Below, one piece after another: positions 38,795 through 47,894 of a stretch of DNA of 64,000 nt; position 1 is the stretch's first letter; every line of letters starts with the position of its first letter. The stretch is from contig NZCN01000002.1 of the NCBI GenBank assembly GCA_002688315.1, forward strand, positions 38,979-102,978, read 5' to 3'. This DNA comes from Candidatus Woesearchaeota archaeon (GTDB lineage Archaea; Nanobdellota; Nanobdellia; Woesearchaeales; UBA10216). The position numbers and the translations under genes were made by a program. The notes below the pieces were generated by a model. That model made no database searches and had not been told where the DNA came from. It saw only the letters and a program-made list of their open reading frames with translations.

Positions 38795-39810
38795 CTCTTT
38801 AACATTCTTTTAACAGCGTCTGCAAATCCTTTCACATCTCCATCTTTAACAAGAATTCCTTTCTTTACAACTTCTGGATGGCTTCCTACATCAAATGCAA
38901 CAACTTTCTTGCCGCACATCTGCGCTTGCACAGTAGGAATGTCAAACCCTTCCCATAATGTTGCTGTTGCATACAAATCGCAGGCTCCGAAATAGTAAGG
39001 CAAATCTTCATCACTTACAAAGCCTGTAAATACCACACTGTCTCTATGATTTTTACTCAGCTTCATCAGTTTCTTTGAATATTTGTCAAATGTTGGTTTT
39101 CCTACAATAACTAATGTTGCATCTATTTCTTTTTTAATTATGTTAAATGCTTTTAACAGCAAATGCACTCCTTTGTGCGGTGATAGTCTTCCAACAAAAA
39201 GAATTACTGGTTTCTTTAGCTTGTGTTTCTTAACAATTGCCTGTATTTTTTTCTTATCCAGATTTGTATTATACTCTTTGCTGTCAACTTTAACATGTTT
39301 TACTGTGCTGTCAAGCCCTGTTTCTCTCAATAATTCTTTTCTGAGAAAATCACTTATTGAAATAGCTGAGTCCGCATTCTTAACACTAAGATTAGTTAAT
39401 ATATTAAAAAAATTCATGTAAGTTCTTTCAAATAAATTAAACAGTTTTGGATAAGCTACTCCAACGTTATAATAAACATATTTTTTCTTGTAATACTTTC
39501 TTGCAGTAGATGCTATTATTGTCATTGGGTAAAGAAAGCTGACAACTTCATCGTACTCCTTAAGCATTTTCGCAGTTTTTATAATTTTAAAAAAGTCCAG
39601 AAAGAAGAGAAGCCTGTAAATCCTTTCCAAAGTTGCGTTTGAAGGCATCCAAAGCTCAACAACATTGTAATTCTTGGCTTTTATGTCTCCTTTGAAAGTA
39701 AACACTGTTACTTTGTTTCCTTTGGCAACGTGTTCTTCTGCCTCATTCTTCACAACCCTATCAGGCCCGGAAAACCGGAAAAAAGTCGGAGTAAGTATGG
39801 CTATTCTCAT
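38791..39810 (-). CDS. GT4 (GT-B) glycosyltransferase
   Basis: 'LYATATLWEGFDIPTVQAQMCGKKVVAFDVGSHPEVV' (EX7E-type block). Confidence 0.7.
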   Translation of the reverse strand: MRIAILTPTFFRFSGPDRVVKNEAEEHVAKGNKVTVFTFKGDIKAKNYNVVELWMPSNATLERIYRLLFFLDFFKIIKTAKMLKEYDEVVSFLYPMTIIASTARKYYKKKYVYYNVGVAYPKLFNLFERTYMNFFNILTNLSVKNADSAISISDFLRKELLRETGLDSTVKHVKVDSKEYNTNLDKKKIQAIVKKHKLKKPVILFVGRLSPHKGVHLLLKAFNIIKKEIDATLVIVGKPTFDKYSKKLMKLSKNHRDSVVFTGFVSDEDLPYYFGACDLYATATLWEGFDIPTVQAQMCGKKVVAFDVGSHPEVVKKGILVKDGDVKGFADAVKRMLKS

Positions 39811-39880
39811 ATTGTTTCACAACTTATCGCTATTTTAAAACGTTTTCTATACTAACAGAAACTATTTAAATCGTCCTCAG

Positions 39881-40621
39881 TTGCTTTTTTTTATGGAAAA
39901 ATTGTCTGTTGTTATTCCTGCTTATAACGAGGAGCGTTATATTGAGGAAATCATTACCAGAGTTAAAAAAGTAAACTTGAAATTCCTGAACTTGCAGAAA
40001 GAAATAGTTGTGGTTGATGACGGTTCAACAGACAAAACAGCTTCTATTGCTTCAAAAATTAAGGGAGTTAAGCTTATTCGCCACATAAAAAATTCTGGAA
40101 AAGGCGCTGCCATACGAACAGGTCTTAAGCATGCAACTGGCTCAATTATTTTAATTCAGGATGCTGATCTGGAATATAATCCAAATGAAATGCCAAAGGT
40201 TGTTCGTCCTATTGTTGAGCGCAAAGCAGATGTTGTTTACGGCTCCCGTTATCTTGACCCAAATCAGAAAGCGAGAAACAAAACTTATCTGAAAAAAGTG
40301 CATAAAAATGCTTACCAGCTTTTCTATATGGGGGGCAGAGGACTTACTTTGATAGCAAACTTTCTTTACAATGCTAAAATTACTGATGAAGCAACCTGTT
40401 ACAAAGCTTTCCGCGCAAAAATAATCAAGAGCCTTAACTTAAGATGCACTCGTTTTGAGTTTTGCCCTGAAGTAACTGCTAAAGTCGCAAAGCGAGGCAT
40501 AAAAATAATGGAAGTTCCTATCAGCTACACTCCCCGCTCTTTCGAAGAAGGCAAAAAGATAAAAATGCGAGACGGCATAGAAGCCTTCTGGACACTTCTC
40601 AAGTATAGGTTTTTTGATTGA
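39881..40621 (+). CDS. GT2 glycosyltransferase (Dpm1/GtrB-like catalytic domain; likely start ~39893)
   Basis: 'LSVVIPAYNEERYI', 'VVDDGSTDKT' and 'IQDADLEYNPNEM'. Confidence 0.75.
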   Translation: MLFFMEKLSVVIPAYNEERYIEEIITRVKKVNLKFLNLQKEIVVVDDGSTDKTASIASKIKGVKLIRHIKNSGKGAAIRTGLKHATGSIILIQDADLEYNPNEMPKVVRPIVERKADVVYGSRYLDPNQKARNKTYLKKVHKNAYQLFYMGGRGLTLIANFLYNAKITDEATCYKAFRAKIIKSLNLRCTRFEFCPEVTAKVAKRGIKIMEVPISYTPRSFEEGKKIKMRDGIEAFWTLLKYRFFD

Positions 40622-40657
40622 TAAACATTAAATACAACTTCTTCATCACTAAATTGT

Positions 40658-41722
40658 ATGGAAGAAAGTCGTCAAATTTTTATTGAAAAAGAAACTCCAA
40701 GTACTACTCCTGCAGCGCCAACGCAGACAACTACGCCAACTTCGCCAGTTACTCCAGCGTCACCTACTCCTGCTCCTTCATCTACCCCTGAACCAGTTCC
40801 TGAACCTCTTCCTCCTAACATGGAAAATGTAAGATGTGATTTATGCGGCAAGGATGATAATGTTGTTATTTACAAAGGCGCTTTAAAATCTGAAGAAGGC
40901 GGTTCTACGAAGGAAGAAGAAACTTACAAATCTTCTGGAAACAAGCCAACTGAAGATACCATAGTTAAGTGCAACAATTGCGATTTAATTTACGTTAATC
41001 CAAGGTTAAAAGCAGAAAAGATTGTTCATGGCTATTCTGAAGGCGCTGATGAAAGCTTTGTAAGCCAGGTTAAAGGGCGCGAAACAACGTCTGTTGCAGG
41101 GCTTAAGTTCATAGAAAAGTTTGCCAAGCCAGGAAAGATTCTTGATATTGGAACTGCTTCTGCAAGCTTTCTCCATGTTGCTAAAAATCGCGGCTGGCAG
41201 GTTTACGGAGTTGAGCCAAACAAATGGCTTTGCAATTGGGCGCAGAAAAATTACGGCCTTTACATACAGCCTGGAACTATTGACAGCTTAAATTACCCTG
41301 ACAATTTTTTTGATGTTATTACTTTGTGGGATGTTTTAGAGCATGTTCCTAATCCAACTGAAGTTTTAAAGAAATGCCATCGCCTTATTAAGCCAGGCGG
41401 CTACATATACCTTAATTATCCTGATTATGAAAGCTACGCGTCCAAGATTATGAAAAGCAAGTGGATATTCCTGCTTTCAGTCCACATCTACTATTTTACC
41501 AGAGAAACAATTGCCAAAACACTTGAAAAAACAGGGTTCCAAACCTTAAAATATAGAACTCACTGGCAAACACTAAACTTTGGCTACCTTATTTTCAGGA
41601 TGCAGCCTTACAGCATGCTTCTCTACAAACTTGGCAACTTTTTCGCAGGTCTGCTCCACGTAAAAAACTTCCCGTTAAAATACCAGCTAGGTCAAACCGG
41701 AGTTATTGCTAGGAAGAAATGA
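40658..41722 (+). CDS. SAM-dependent methyltransferase with N-terminal Pro/Thr-rich low-complexity region and a Cys4 zinc ribbon
   Basis: 'TPSTTPAAPTQTTTPTSPVTPASPTPAPSSTPEPVPEPLPP', then 'CDLCGKDD...CNNCDLIYVNP', then 'ILDIGTASASF' (motif I) and 'IKPGGYIYLNYP'. Confidence 0.6.
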   Translation: MEESRQIFIEKETPSTTPAAPTQTTTPTSPVTPASPTPAPSSTPEPVPEPLPPNMENVRCDLCGKDDNVVIYKGALKSEEGGSTKEEETYKSSGNKPTEDTIVKCNNCDLIYVNPRLKAEKIVHGYSEGADESFVSQVKGRETTSVAGLKFIEKFAKPGKILDIGTASASFLHVAKNRGWQVYGVEPNKWLCNWAQKNYGLYIQPGTIDSLNYPDNFFDVITLWDVLEHVPNPTEVLKKCHRLIKPGGYIYLNYPDYESYASKIMKSKWIFLLSVHIYYFTRETIAKTLEKTGFQTLKYRTHWQTLNFGYLIFRMQPYSMLLYKLGNFFAGLLHVKNFPLKYQLGQTGVIARKK

Positions 41723-41725
41723 GAC

Positions 41726-41953
41726 TCATAAGTGTTTTACGAATTCTTCTCTCTTTATTTTCAAATCCTGTTTAATTATTTTGTTCAGTAGACCTCTATC
41801 AACTTCTTCTCCTGGATGATTAGGTACTACGGTAGTTCTTCCATCAGGATGATCGAAGAACATATGACTTCCTTTTTGTCGCTTAAACTCAAACCCAAGC
41901 TTTTTCAGAACTTTAGCAATTTCTTTAGCTTCAAGTAAAGGCAGCTTTGTCAT
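41726..41953 (-). CDS. hicA: HicA-family toxin (mRNA interferase, YcfA-like)
   Basis: 75 aa with 'AKVLKKLGFEFKRQKGSHMFFDHPDGRTTVVPNHPG'. Confidence 0.8.
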   Translation of the reverse strand: MTKLPLLEAKEIAKVLKKLGFEFKRQKGSHMFFDHPDGRTTVVPNHPGEEVDRGLLNKIIKQDLKIKREEFVKHL

Positions 41954-42168
41954 TAAACTTCAACTTCTATTTGTTCTACACCTAAGAATTTAGTTTTTGT
42001 TTCAATCTGCTTATTCTCGTCTATATACAACGAAATAGCCTCTTTAGTTCTTTTAATCAGTTCATCACGTGTTTTTGCTTGAGTATGACAGCCAGGAAGT
42101 CCAACTACTTCAGAAATCAAATACCCATCTTCACCTTGTTCAACTATTATCGTAAATTTTTCAACCAT
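41953..42168 (-). CDS. hicB: HicB-family antitoxin (UPF0150-like)
   Basis: 71 aa with 'FTIIVEQGEDGYLISEVVGLPGCHTQAKTRDELIKRTKEAISLYI'. Stop overlaps the hicA start. Confidence 0.7.
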   Translation of the reverse strand: MVEKFTIIVEQGEDGYLISEVVGLPGCHTQAKTRDELIKRTKEAISLYIDENKQIETKTKFLGVEQIEVEV

Positions 42169-42250
42169 TTTTATCTAATCATAACTGTTGTTTCTGCGTT
42201 TATATACTTTTTGGCTGGTCTAAAGAAAAACATTTTAAAATCATCTCTCA

Positions 42251-43744
42251 TTGCTTTCGTACATGATAACTCTTATTAATCCAAATATTGTCATGCAGAA
42301 GGATGACTTGTTTGGAACTGGTATTCCTTACATGCCTGTAGAGCTTGCTTATGTTGCAGCAACGCTTAGGGCAAAAAATATTGAATTCAAGCTCATCGAT
42401 TCTTTTGGATTAAATCCAAAACAAATCACCAGGCTGGACAGCCAGTTTGTTCAGGGCCTAACCACTGATCAAATTCTCGCTCAAATACCTTCTAGTTCAA
42501 AATATATTGTTGTTTATTGCGGTCTTGTTGTTACGTTCAGAGTAATTACGCAAATTATTTCAGCTGTAAAAGAAAAATTCCCGAATATTCCTGTTATTTG
42601 CATTGAAAACACTCAGCAGGTAACTTCTTTCTCAATCAAAGAAGCTTCTCCAAAATTGTTTAAAGCAGGCGCAGACATTATTATGATTGGAGATCCTGAA
42701 GCGCGAATAGTTGATGTTGTTTCAGGGAAAGACTTGAAAAAAATCAAAGGATTGATGTTTAAGAAAAACAATAAGATTGTGAAGACAGAGCTTTCAGACA
42801 TTTTTATAAAAGAAGTTGATGACCTTCCTTTCCCTGCATGGGATTTGTTTCCATTAAAAAATTACTGGAAGCTTGGATATGCGCATGCGCCTTTAAAATC
42901 AAAAAAATACATTTCTATTCTAACTTCCAGAGGCTGTCCTTTTGGATGCCATTTTTGCGTTATTCCTGCAACTAACATTAGAAGATGGACTCCACGCTCC
43001 GCAAAGAATGTTGTAGATGAGATGGAGCACTGGATTAAAACTTTTGGAGTGCATGAATTCCATGTTGAAGACTTAAATCCTACAGTTAAGAAGGAAAGAA
43101 TGGTTGAGATTTCAAAGGAAATCCTTGAAAGAAAATTAAAAGTTTCGTTTAAGTTTGGCGCTGGAACTAAAATAGAAACCATGGATGAGGAAACTATTGA
43201 CTGGATGGCTAAGGCTGGTTTAACTTACTTGTCCTGCTCGCCAGAGTCAGGCTCTCCCCGCATACTAAAAGCAATGGACAAGCCGTTTAGCCACCAATTA
43301 GCATTGCAACTCATAAAGCGTCTTAACAAAGACAAAGTAACAACTCAAGCCTGCTTTGTTCTTGGCTATCTTAATGAGACTGATGATGACCGCAAGCTAA
43401 CTCAGAACTATGTTAAAGAGCTTACAAAAGCAGGTGTTGATGAAATAGCATTGTTCATAATGACTCCGATACCAGGAACTTATACTTTTGACAAGGTAGA
43501 GGGCTATGATGATTATTCTCAGCTTACTTTTTCTCCAAAATGGAGGAAAGAATATAAAAAGCTGTCATCTTTTAGAATTCATACGTACATGAAATTCCTT
43601 TTATGGAAACTGCGTTACCATCCCATAAAACTTTTTAAGCAACCTATCAGTTTCCTTACTGGAAGGTTTAACACAAAAATGGAAATGACAGCTTTCAGAT
43701 GGCTTAAAATTAATATATTATCAAGAATTCCTTTTATTGGTTAA
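42251..43744 (+). CDS. B12-binding domain radical SAM enzyme (class B rSAM)
   Basis: N-terminal cobalamin-binding-like Rossmann region, then 'LTSRGCPFGCHFCV' (CxxxCxxC) and 'CSPESGSPRILKAM'. Confidence 0.75.
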   Translation: MLSYMITLINPNIVMQKDDLFGTGIPYMPVELAYVAATLRAKNIEFKLIDSFGLNPKQITRLDSQFVQGLTTDQILAQIPSSSKYIVVYCGLVVTFRVITQIISAVKEKFPNIPVICIENTQQVTSFSIKEASPKLFKAGADIIMIGDPEARIVDVVSGKDLKKIKGLMFKKNNKIVKTELSDIFIKEVDDLPFPAWDLFPLKNYWKLGYAHAPLKSKKYISILTSRGCPFGCHFCVIPATNIRRWTPRSAKNVVDEMEHWIKTFGVHEFHVEDLNPTVKKERMVEISKEILERKLKVSFKFGAGTKIETMDEETIDWMAKAGLTYLSCSPESGSPRILKAMDKPFSHQLALQLIKRLNKDKVTTQACFVLGYLNETDDDRKLTQNYVKELTKAGVDEIALFIMTPIPGTYTFDKVEGYDDYSQLTFSPKWRKEYKKLSSFRIHTYMKFLLWKLRYHPIKLFKQPISFLTGRFNTKMEMTAFRWLKINILSRIPFIG

Positions 43745-45131
43745 AATGAGAATCATCATAATAGGAGCAGGTGTAACTGGCTTGGCTGTTGCATGGAAGC
43801 TGGCTAAAGACCATGAGGTTGTTATTCTTGAAAAGCGCAAAGTTATTGGTGGTATAGCAACTACTTTTAAGCATCAGGACTTTTTGCTTGACTTCGGTCC
43901 GCACAAAATCTATTCTTTAATTCCAGGAATACTCGATGAAATGAAAGCATTGCTTGGCGATGAAGCAACAGTAATTCCAAAAACATCCGGAGTTATTATT
44001 GATGGAAAGCGCTTAGATTATCCGATTAAGTTTACTGACTTGTTCCTTAAGCTTAGCCCTTTAACCAGCTTTAAGCTAATGTTTGGCTTTGGCATAGCGT
44101 TTCTATTATCTTTTGTAAACCGCAAAACTCCAGTGTCTTATGCTGATTATTTCAGAAAAAATTTCGGAGTTCCTGCTTATAATTTAGTTTTCAAGCCAAT
44201 AGCAGATAAATCCTGGGGAAATCCTGAAAATTTGACTGCTGAGCTTGCTCAAAAGCGTGTTCCTTTCGACGGTATATTTAAGCTTATCAAATCAATGGTT
44301 ATGAAAGACAACAAACTGAGCGCAGAAAACTTTTACTATCCTCGTCAAGGATTTATCAGAATGTCAGAGATTATGCTCGATCATGTAACTAATAATAAAG
44401 GCCACTTAATGCTGGATGCTGAAGTAAAAAATTTCAGCATAGAAAATAACAAAATAACTTCTGTTGAATTCCAGCATGAAGGAAAGCTTAAGAAACTCAA
44501 TGCAGATTATGTTGTGTCTTCTGCGCCTATTACTGCAATGCCGGCTATGTTTAATGCTCCTCCTGAAGTAATGAATGCTGCTTCAGAGCTTAAGTTTCGC
44601 TCTTTGCTGTTAGTTTACGTTTTAGTGAACAAGCCTAAAGTAATGCAGGATGTGTGGACTTTTGTTCCTGATAAGAATTTTATTTTCCAGCGTGTTTCAG
44701 AGCAGAAAAACTTTAGCCAGCAAATGGGTCCTGAAAACCAGACTGTTCTTATTGCAGAAATAATGTGCGATTATAATGATGGTTTGTGGAATGCGCCTGA
44801 TGCAGAGCTGTACAGCAAGGTAATATCTGATTTAACTAAAGGAAAATTTGTAAATGAAGGAGAAGCATCTGGCTTCTATATTTTAAAGGTAAAAAACATT
44901 TATCCTGTTTACGAAATTGGCTATAAGGAACGGCTTTCTAAAGTCTTAGGATTTACAGACAAATTTGAAAACTTTATAACGCTTGGCAGGCTTGGCTTGT
45001 TCAACTACAACAACACTGACCATTGTGTTGACATGGCAATCTGGGCTTCAAACCACATCCGCTCCAAGAAGCCAATAAGCGACTGGCTGGAAACAAGAAA
45101 AAGATTCGATGAGTATGTTATTGTTGATTAG
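43737..45131 (+). CDS. FAD-dependent oxidoreductase (amine-oxidase / UDP-galactopyranose-mutase-like fold)
   Basis: 'IIIIGAGVTGLAVAWKLAKDHEVVILEKRKVIGG' (GxGxxG dinucleotide fold) and 'DFGPHKIYS'. Start overlaps the rSAM stop by 8 nt. Confidence 0.6.
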   Translation: MVKMRIIIIGAGVTGLAVAWKLAKDHEVVILEKRKVIGGIATTFKHQDFLLDFGPHKIYSLIPGILDEMKALLGDEATVIPKTSGVIIDGKRLDYPIKFTDLFLKLSPLTSFKLMFGFGIAFLLSFVNRKTPVSYADYFRKNFGVPAYNLVFKPIADKSWGNPENLTAELAQKRVPFDGIFKLIKSMVMKDNKLSAENFYYPRQGFIRMSEIMLDHVTNNKGHLMLDAEVKNFSIENNKITSVEFQHEGKLKKLNADYVVSSAPITAMPAMFNAPPEVMNAASELKFRSLLLVYVLVNKPKVMQDVWTFVPDKNFIFQRVSEQKNFSQQMGPENQTVLIAEIMCDYNDGLWNAPDAELYSKVISDLTKGKFVNEGEASGFYILKVKNIYPVYEIGYKERLSKVLGFTDKFENFITLGRLGLFNYNNTDHCVDMAIWASNHIRSKKPISDWLETRKRFDEYVIVD

Positions 45132-45377
45132 CTATTTCTTCCTGTTCATTCTAAACATCCTAGCTTCTCTTTTGATGTCTACTATGTCAAATATTTTTAT
45201 TTTTGGGATTAATGGAAGTGTCATTAGAACAAATATCATTGCAACCAGATAGCGTGTAAAGAATCCTGAATCTAAAGGATAAAGCTTGAATGCGTGTATT
45301 ATCAGCAATATCAGCAGAAAAACAAGCAAGACAAAGTATAGCGCAATAGCTGTCTTTTTACCTCTTTTTTTTGCCAT
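45132..45377 (-). CDS. Small membrane protein (81 aa, 2 TM) downstream of the processive GT2
   Basis: Hydrophobic ORF with a basic N-terminus 'MAKKRGKKTAIALYFVLLVFLLILLII'. Confidence 0.3.
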   Translation of the reverse strand: MAKKRGKKTAIALYFVLLVFLLILLIIHAFKLYPLDSGFFTRYLVAMIFVLMTLPLIPKIKIFDIVDIKREARMFRMNRKK

Positions 45378-45434
45378 AGTATTTATTTCTTATTGTCTTT
45401 ATTTAAATCTTTCCAAGTAACTAATTGTTGTTGT

Positions 45435-46661
45435 TTACCTGAACGTCATATATAACGAATTTGCCAGTGCTGTTGCTGCCTTTTTTGAAACGGGAAGAAC
45501 ATGTCCAGCTATATTTTTAACCGTTTTTGTTACTCCACCAACAATATCTGGTTGATTTACGTAAGCGTATAAAAGAGCATCATTTATGCTGTTCTTAGTA
45601 TGATTGTAAATGGCGCGTGATCTCGAAGGATATATTGTTGCAGCTCTGTAGAGAGGCATTAAAGGCATTGTTGCAAAAAATTGAGCATCTTTTTTAATTT
45701 CTTTACGTGCCATAACCGCCATGGCGCTAAGGAATGCAAGATCAGTACCGTAATAAAGTGCAAAATATTTCCAACTTTTATCTATGCCACTTGATACGCC
45801 TGTGTATTCAGTGATTGGTAAAGCAGCGAATACTCCCATCTGGATAGCTGTTAATATCCCAAACCTTTTTAATTTCAGTGCTGATAATGCAGTTTTGGCA
45901 AAGAAACCTCGTTCTTTAGTGTATGTTTCTAAAGCACCGAGTTCCCACCTTACTCTTTGCTTATGCAAAGTCATTATATCTTCAGGCGTTTTAGTATTGA
46001 TTACAAATTGAGAAAAATTTGTTAAACCATATCCGTGACGCATGGCCATTGTTGTAAGCTCCATATCATCTCCATTATGCCTGCCGCTGTGCTCTGGAAA
46101 TATTTCTTCCAACACATCCCTTTTCCAAATTCCTCCAGCTCCGGCTATACATCGTGTTTTTCTTTCTTTTCTAGCTATACCATCAAAGGCTCGTCCAAGA
46201 GTATACTCTAGATTTTGAATATAACCAAGCAATGTATCTGTGTTCTCTCCATCAACTCTTAATGCAAAACCACCTAACCCTGAATCAGAATTTAAAGAAT
46301 CAACCATATCATCAAAATGCGCCATGCTTTCTTCAGGAATAGAGGAATCAAAATCAGTGAGTAATACGGTGTCTATATAATCAGGTGCAGTGTCGACAGC
46401 TTTCTCGATAGCTCCGATTTTATTGCCATTCTTAGACATAAACACTGCCTTAAAAGCAGGAGTGTTTCTTTCTACATAGTCTGAAAGCTCTTCTTTTGAG
46501 CCATCTGTTGAGGCATCATCAATTATAATAACATCTAAAAAGTCTTTATAAGTATCTGCTAACCAAGCAAAATAATCCAGCCTACCCTCTAAGTTGGAAC
46601 GACTCTTCTCGTTATATTCAGGAACTACTACTGCTGTTCGTTTCATATTCCAAAAGCCCAT
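45435..46661 (-). CDS. Processive GT2 beta-glycosyltransferase (cellulose/chitin/hyaluronan-synthase-like)
   Basis: 'IIIDDASTDGS', 'LLTDFDSSIPEE' and 'KQRVRWELG' (Q(R/Q)xRW processivity motif). Hydrophobic C-terminal region. Confidence 0.7.
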   Translation of the reverse strand: MGFWNMKRTAVVVPEYNEKSRSNLEGRLDYFAWLADTYKDFLDVIIIDDASTDGSKEELSDYVERNTPAFKAVFMSKNGNKIGAIEKAVDTAPDYIDTVLLTDFDSSIPEESMAHFDDMVDSLNSDSGLGGFALRVDGENTDTLLGYIQNLEYTLGRAFDGIARKERKTRCIAGAGGIWKRDVLEEIFPEHSGRHNGDDMELTTMAMRHGYGLTNFSQFVINTKTPEDIMTLHKQRVRWELGALETYTKERGFFAKTALSALKLKRFGILTAIQMGVFAALPITEYTGVSSGIDKSWKYFALYYGTDLAFLSAMAVMARKEIKKDAQFFATMPLMPLYRAATIYPSRSRAIYNHTKNSINDALLYAYVNQPDIVGGVTKTVKNIAGHVLPVSKKAATALANSLYMTFR

Positions 46662-46742
46662 ATTTCTCCCTTTATAAACCTTTCTATTTGTTACTACTTG
46701 ACAGTTATTATAACTGTAAAGAAACTTCGGAGTTTTTGGGCT

Positions 46743-47867
46743 TTAAACTTCAGAATTAATCAGTTCTCTATAAACTTTCAGGTAACCGCTTATGTTTTTT
46801 TCCAGCAGGAACTTTTTGAGTGGTGCTTTATTGTATTTTTTGTGGTAAACGCGTTCAACTGCGGTTGCTATTTCTTCACTGCTTCTTGGATTTACAAGCA
46901 AATATTTTCCAGATACAACTTCTGGAAGCGATGTTGTGTTTGTTGCAACTACTGGAACGCCTAGCGCGCATGCTTCTGCTGCTGTATACCCAAAACCTTC
47001 TGAAAGGCTCGGTACAACCACACAGTCTGCTGCTTTTATGTGTTTTGGCAGCATTTTATAAGGAACAGGCTCGAGCAGAATTACTTTATTTTCTATTCTT
47101 AATTTTCTTATCAATGCTTTTAGCTTTTTCAGTTTTAGATTGTACTGCTTGTCTTTGCTTAGTATGAACAAGTATTTGAGTTTTGGAACATCTATCAAAG
47201 GTATGGCTTTTATTGCGTATTCGATTCCTTTGCTTGGTCCAGGTCTTCCATAAGTCAGGCAGACAAATTTGTTTTCCAGCTCATAGTCCTGCCTTATTTT
47301 TTTCCCGCTGTGCTTTTTAGGGTCAAAATGCTTGTAATCAACTGCATTGTAAACAGTTAAAGCTTTTCCAGGGCTTTTCCCTATATCTAACAATTGCTTT
47401 CTTGTTGAATTAGAGACTGCTGTGTATTTGTCAAATGGAAGAAGGTAAATTAGTTTTTCAAGGAAATTATGCAGAAACGCTGTTAGCGTGCTCATTGTTG
47501 TGTATTCTTTCCATTTTCCTATCCAGACTTCATGAACTGTTATCAAGCATTTTTTTCTGGAAAGTTTAGAGACAATCCATGCAGGAAACGCTCCATTGAA
47601 AGTTGTTGTGTGGATTATATCTGCTTTCTTTGCCTCTTTTAGTGCTTTTGGTATTGCCAAAAAGCTAAACAAGTACCTGCTTTGCAGGCAGTTAATGCGA
47701 TGAATCTTCACTCCATTAAGCTCTTCATATTTTCTTGTATTCTTAGGTCTATGCGTAATAATTGTAATGTCATGCTTCTTGGCAAGTCCTTCTGCAAGGT
47801 TTTTGAAAACTATCTCTACCCCACCAATATGAGGAAGATAGTTCTCAATAACAAATAAAATTTTCAT
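46743..47867 (-). CDS. GT4 (GT-B) glycosyltransferase
   Basis: 'VVVPSLSEGFGYTAAEACALGVPVVATNTTSLPEVV' is the classic GT4 EX7E block. Confidence 0.7.
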   Translation of the reverse strand: MKILFVIENYLPHIGGVEIVFKNLAEGLAKKHDITIITHRPKNTRKYEELNGVKIHRINCLQSRYLFSFLAIPKALKEAKKADIIHTTTFNGAFPAWIVSKLSRKKCLITVHEVWIGKWKEYTTMSTLTAFLHNFLEKLIYLLPFDKYTAVSNSTRKQLLDIGKSPGKALTVYNAVDYKHFDPKKHSGKKIRQDYELENKFVCLTYGRPGPSKGIEYAIKAIPLIDVPKLKYLFILSKDKQYNLKLKKLKALIRKLRIENKVILLEPVPYKMLPKHIKAADCVVVPSLSEGFGYTAAEACALGVPVVATNTTSLPEVVSGKYLLVNPRSSEEIATAVERVYHKKYNKAPLKKFLLEKNISGYLKVYRELINSEV

Positions 47868-47894
47868 CTTAATCTGAGAAACTTTTAATCCCTT

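Noticed and set aside
40658-40816. Pro/Thr-rich N-terminal region of the methyltransferase as non-coding sequence
   Set aside because: That reading would leave a ~200-bp, unusually GC-rich intergenic spacer in an otherwise tightly packed AT-rich locus. The frame is open from the upstream ATG. It is kept as coding, with a caveat.
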